A DNA stretch of 64,000 bases from Phoronis australis. Taxonomy: Eukaryota > Animalia > Phoronida. Location of the stretch: NCBI GenBank assembly GCA_002633005.1, contig NMRA01000183.1, positions 435,553 through 499,552 of the forward strand, read 5' to 3'. The translations under genes and the position numbers were made by a program. The stretch's first letter is position 1. Each line of letters opens with the position of its first letter. The notes below the pieces were generated by a model that was not told where the DNA came from, did not search any database, and saw only the letters and a program-made list of their open reading frames with translations. This document shows positions 63,991 to 64,000 of this stretch, piece by piece.

Positions 63991-64000
63991 ATTCAACGCG
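63991..64000 (+). CDS. Start of next plus-strand exon (truncated by window edge)
   Basis: GCTAAAT...GTATTTCCCTCTACAG|ATT CAA CGC G; phase 0 continues ...QSFINK into IQR. Confidence 0.4.

Overview
AT-rich eukaryotic (invertebrate-like) genomic DNA, not prokaryotic; most entries in the ORF track are spurious. Reading splice sites by eye reveals two arrays of symmetric phase-1 GT-AG exons on the minus strand. Array 1 (57600 to 50204) has nine EGF exons, most of them calcium-binding type, followed by a terminal exon encoding a peritrophin-A/ChtBD2-like chitin-binding domain, a stop codon and an AATAAA. Array 2 (37967 to 3449, probably running off the window start) has 16 exons, each encoding one copy of a short 'VxCxxGGxxC' EGF/EB-like cysteine module; three copies are 4-Cys truncations. 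A SEA-domain-like exon pair lies on the opposite (+) strand at 58293-58420 and 63991 onward, and its intron holds a 4.9-kb Academ-type DNA transposon with TIRs and a TTA TSD. Introns contain decayed LINEs (CR1/L2-like, RNase H-bearing, Penelope), a Tc1 remnant, MITEs with 5-bp TSDs and minisatellites; one minisatellite is about 27 tandem copies of an exon's own 3' splice site. All exon calls are manual and have no transcript support.
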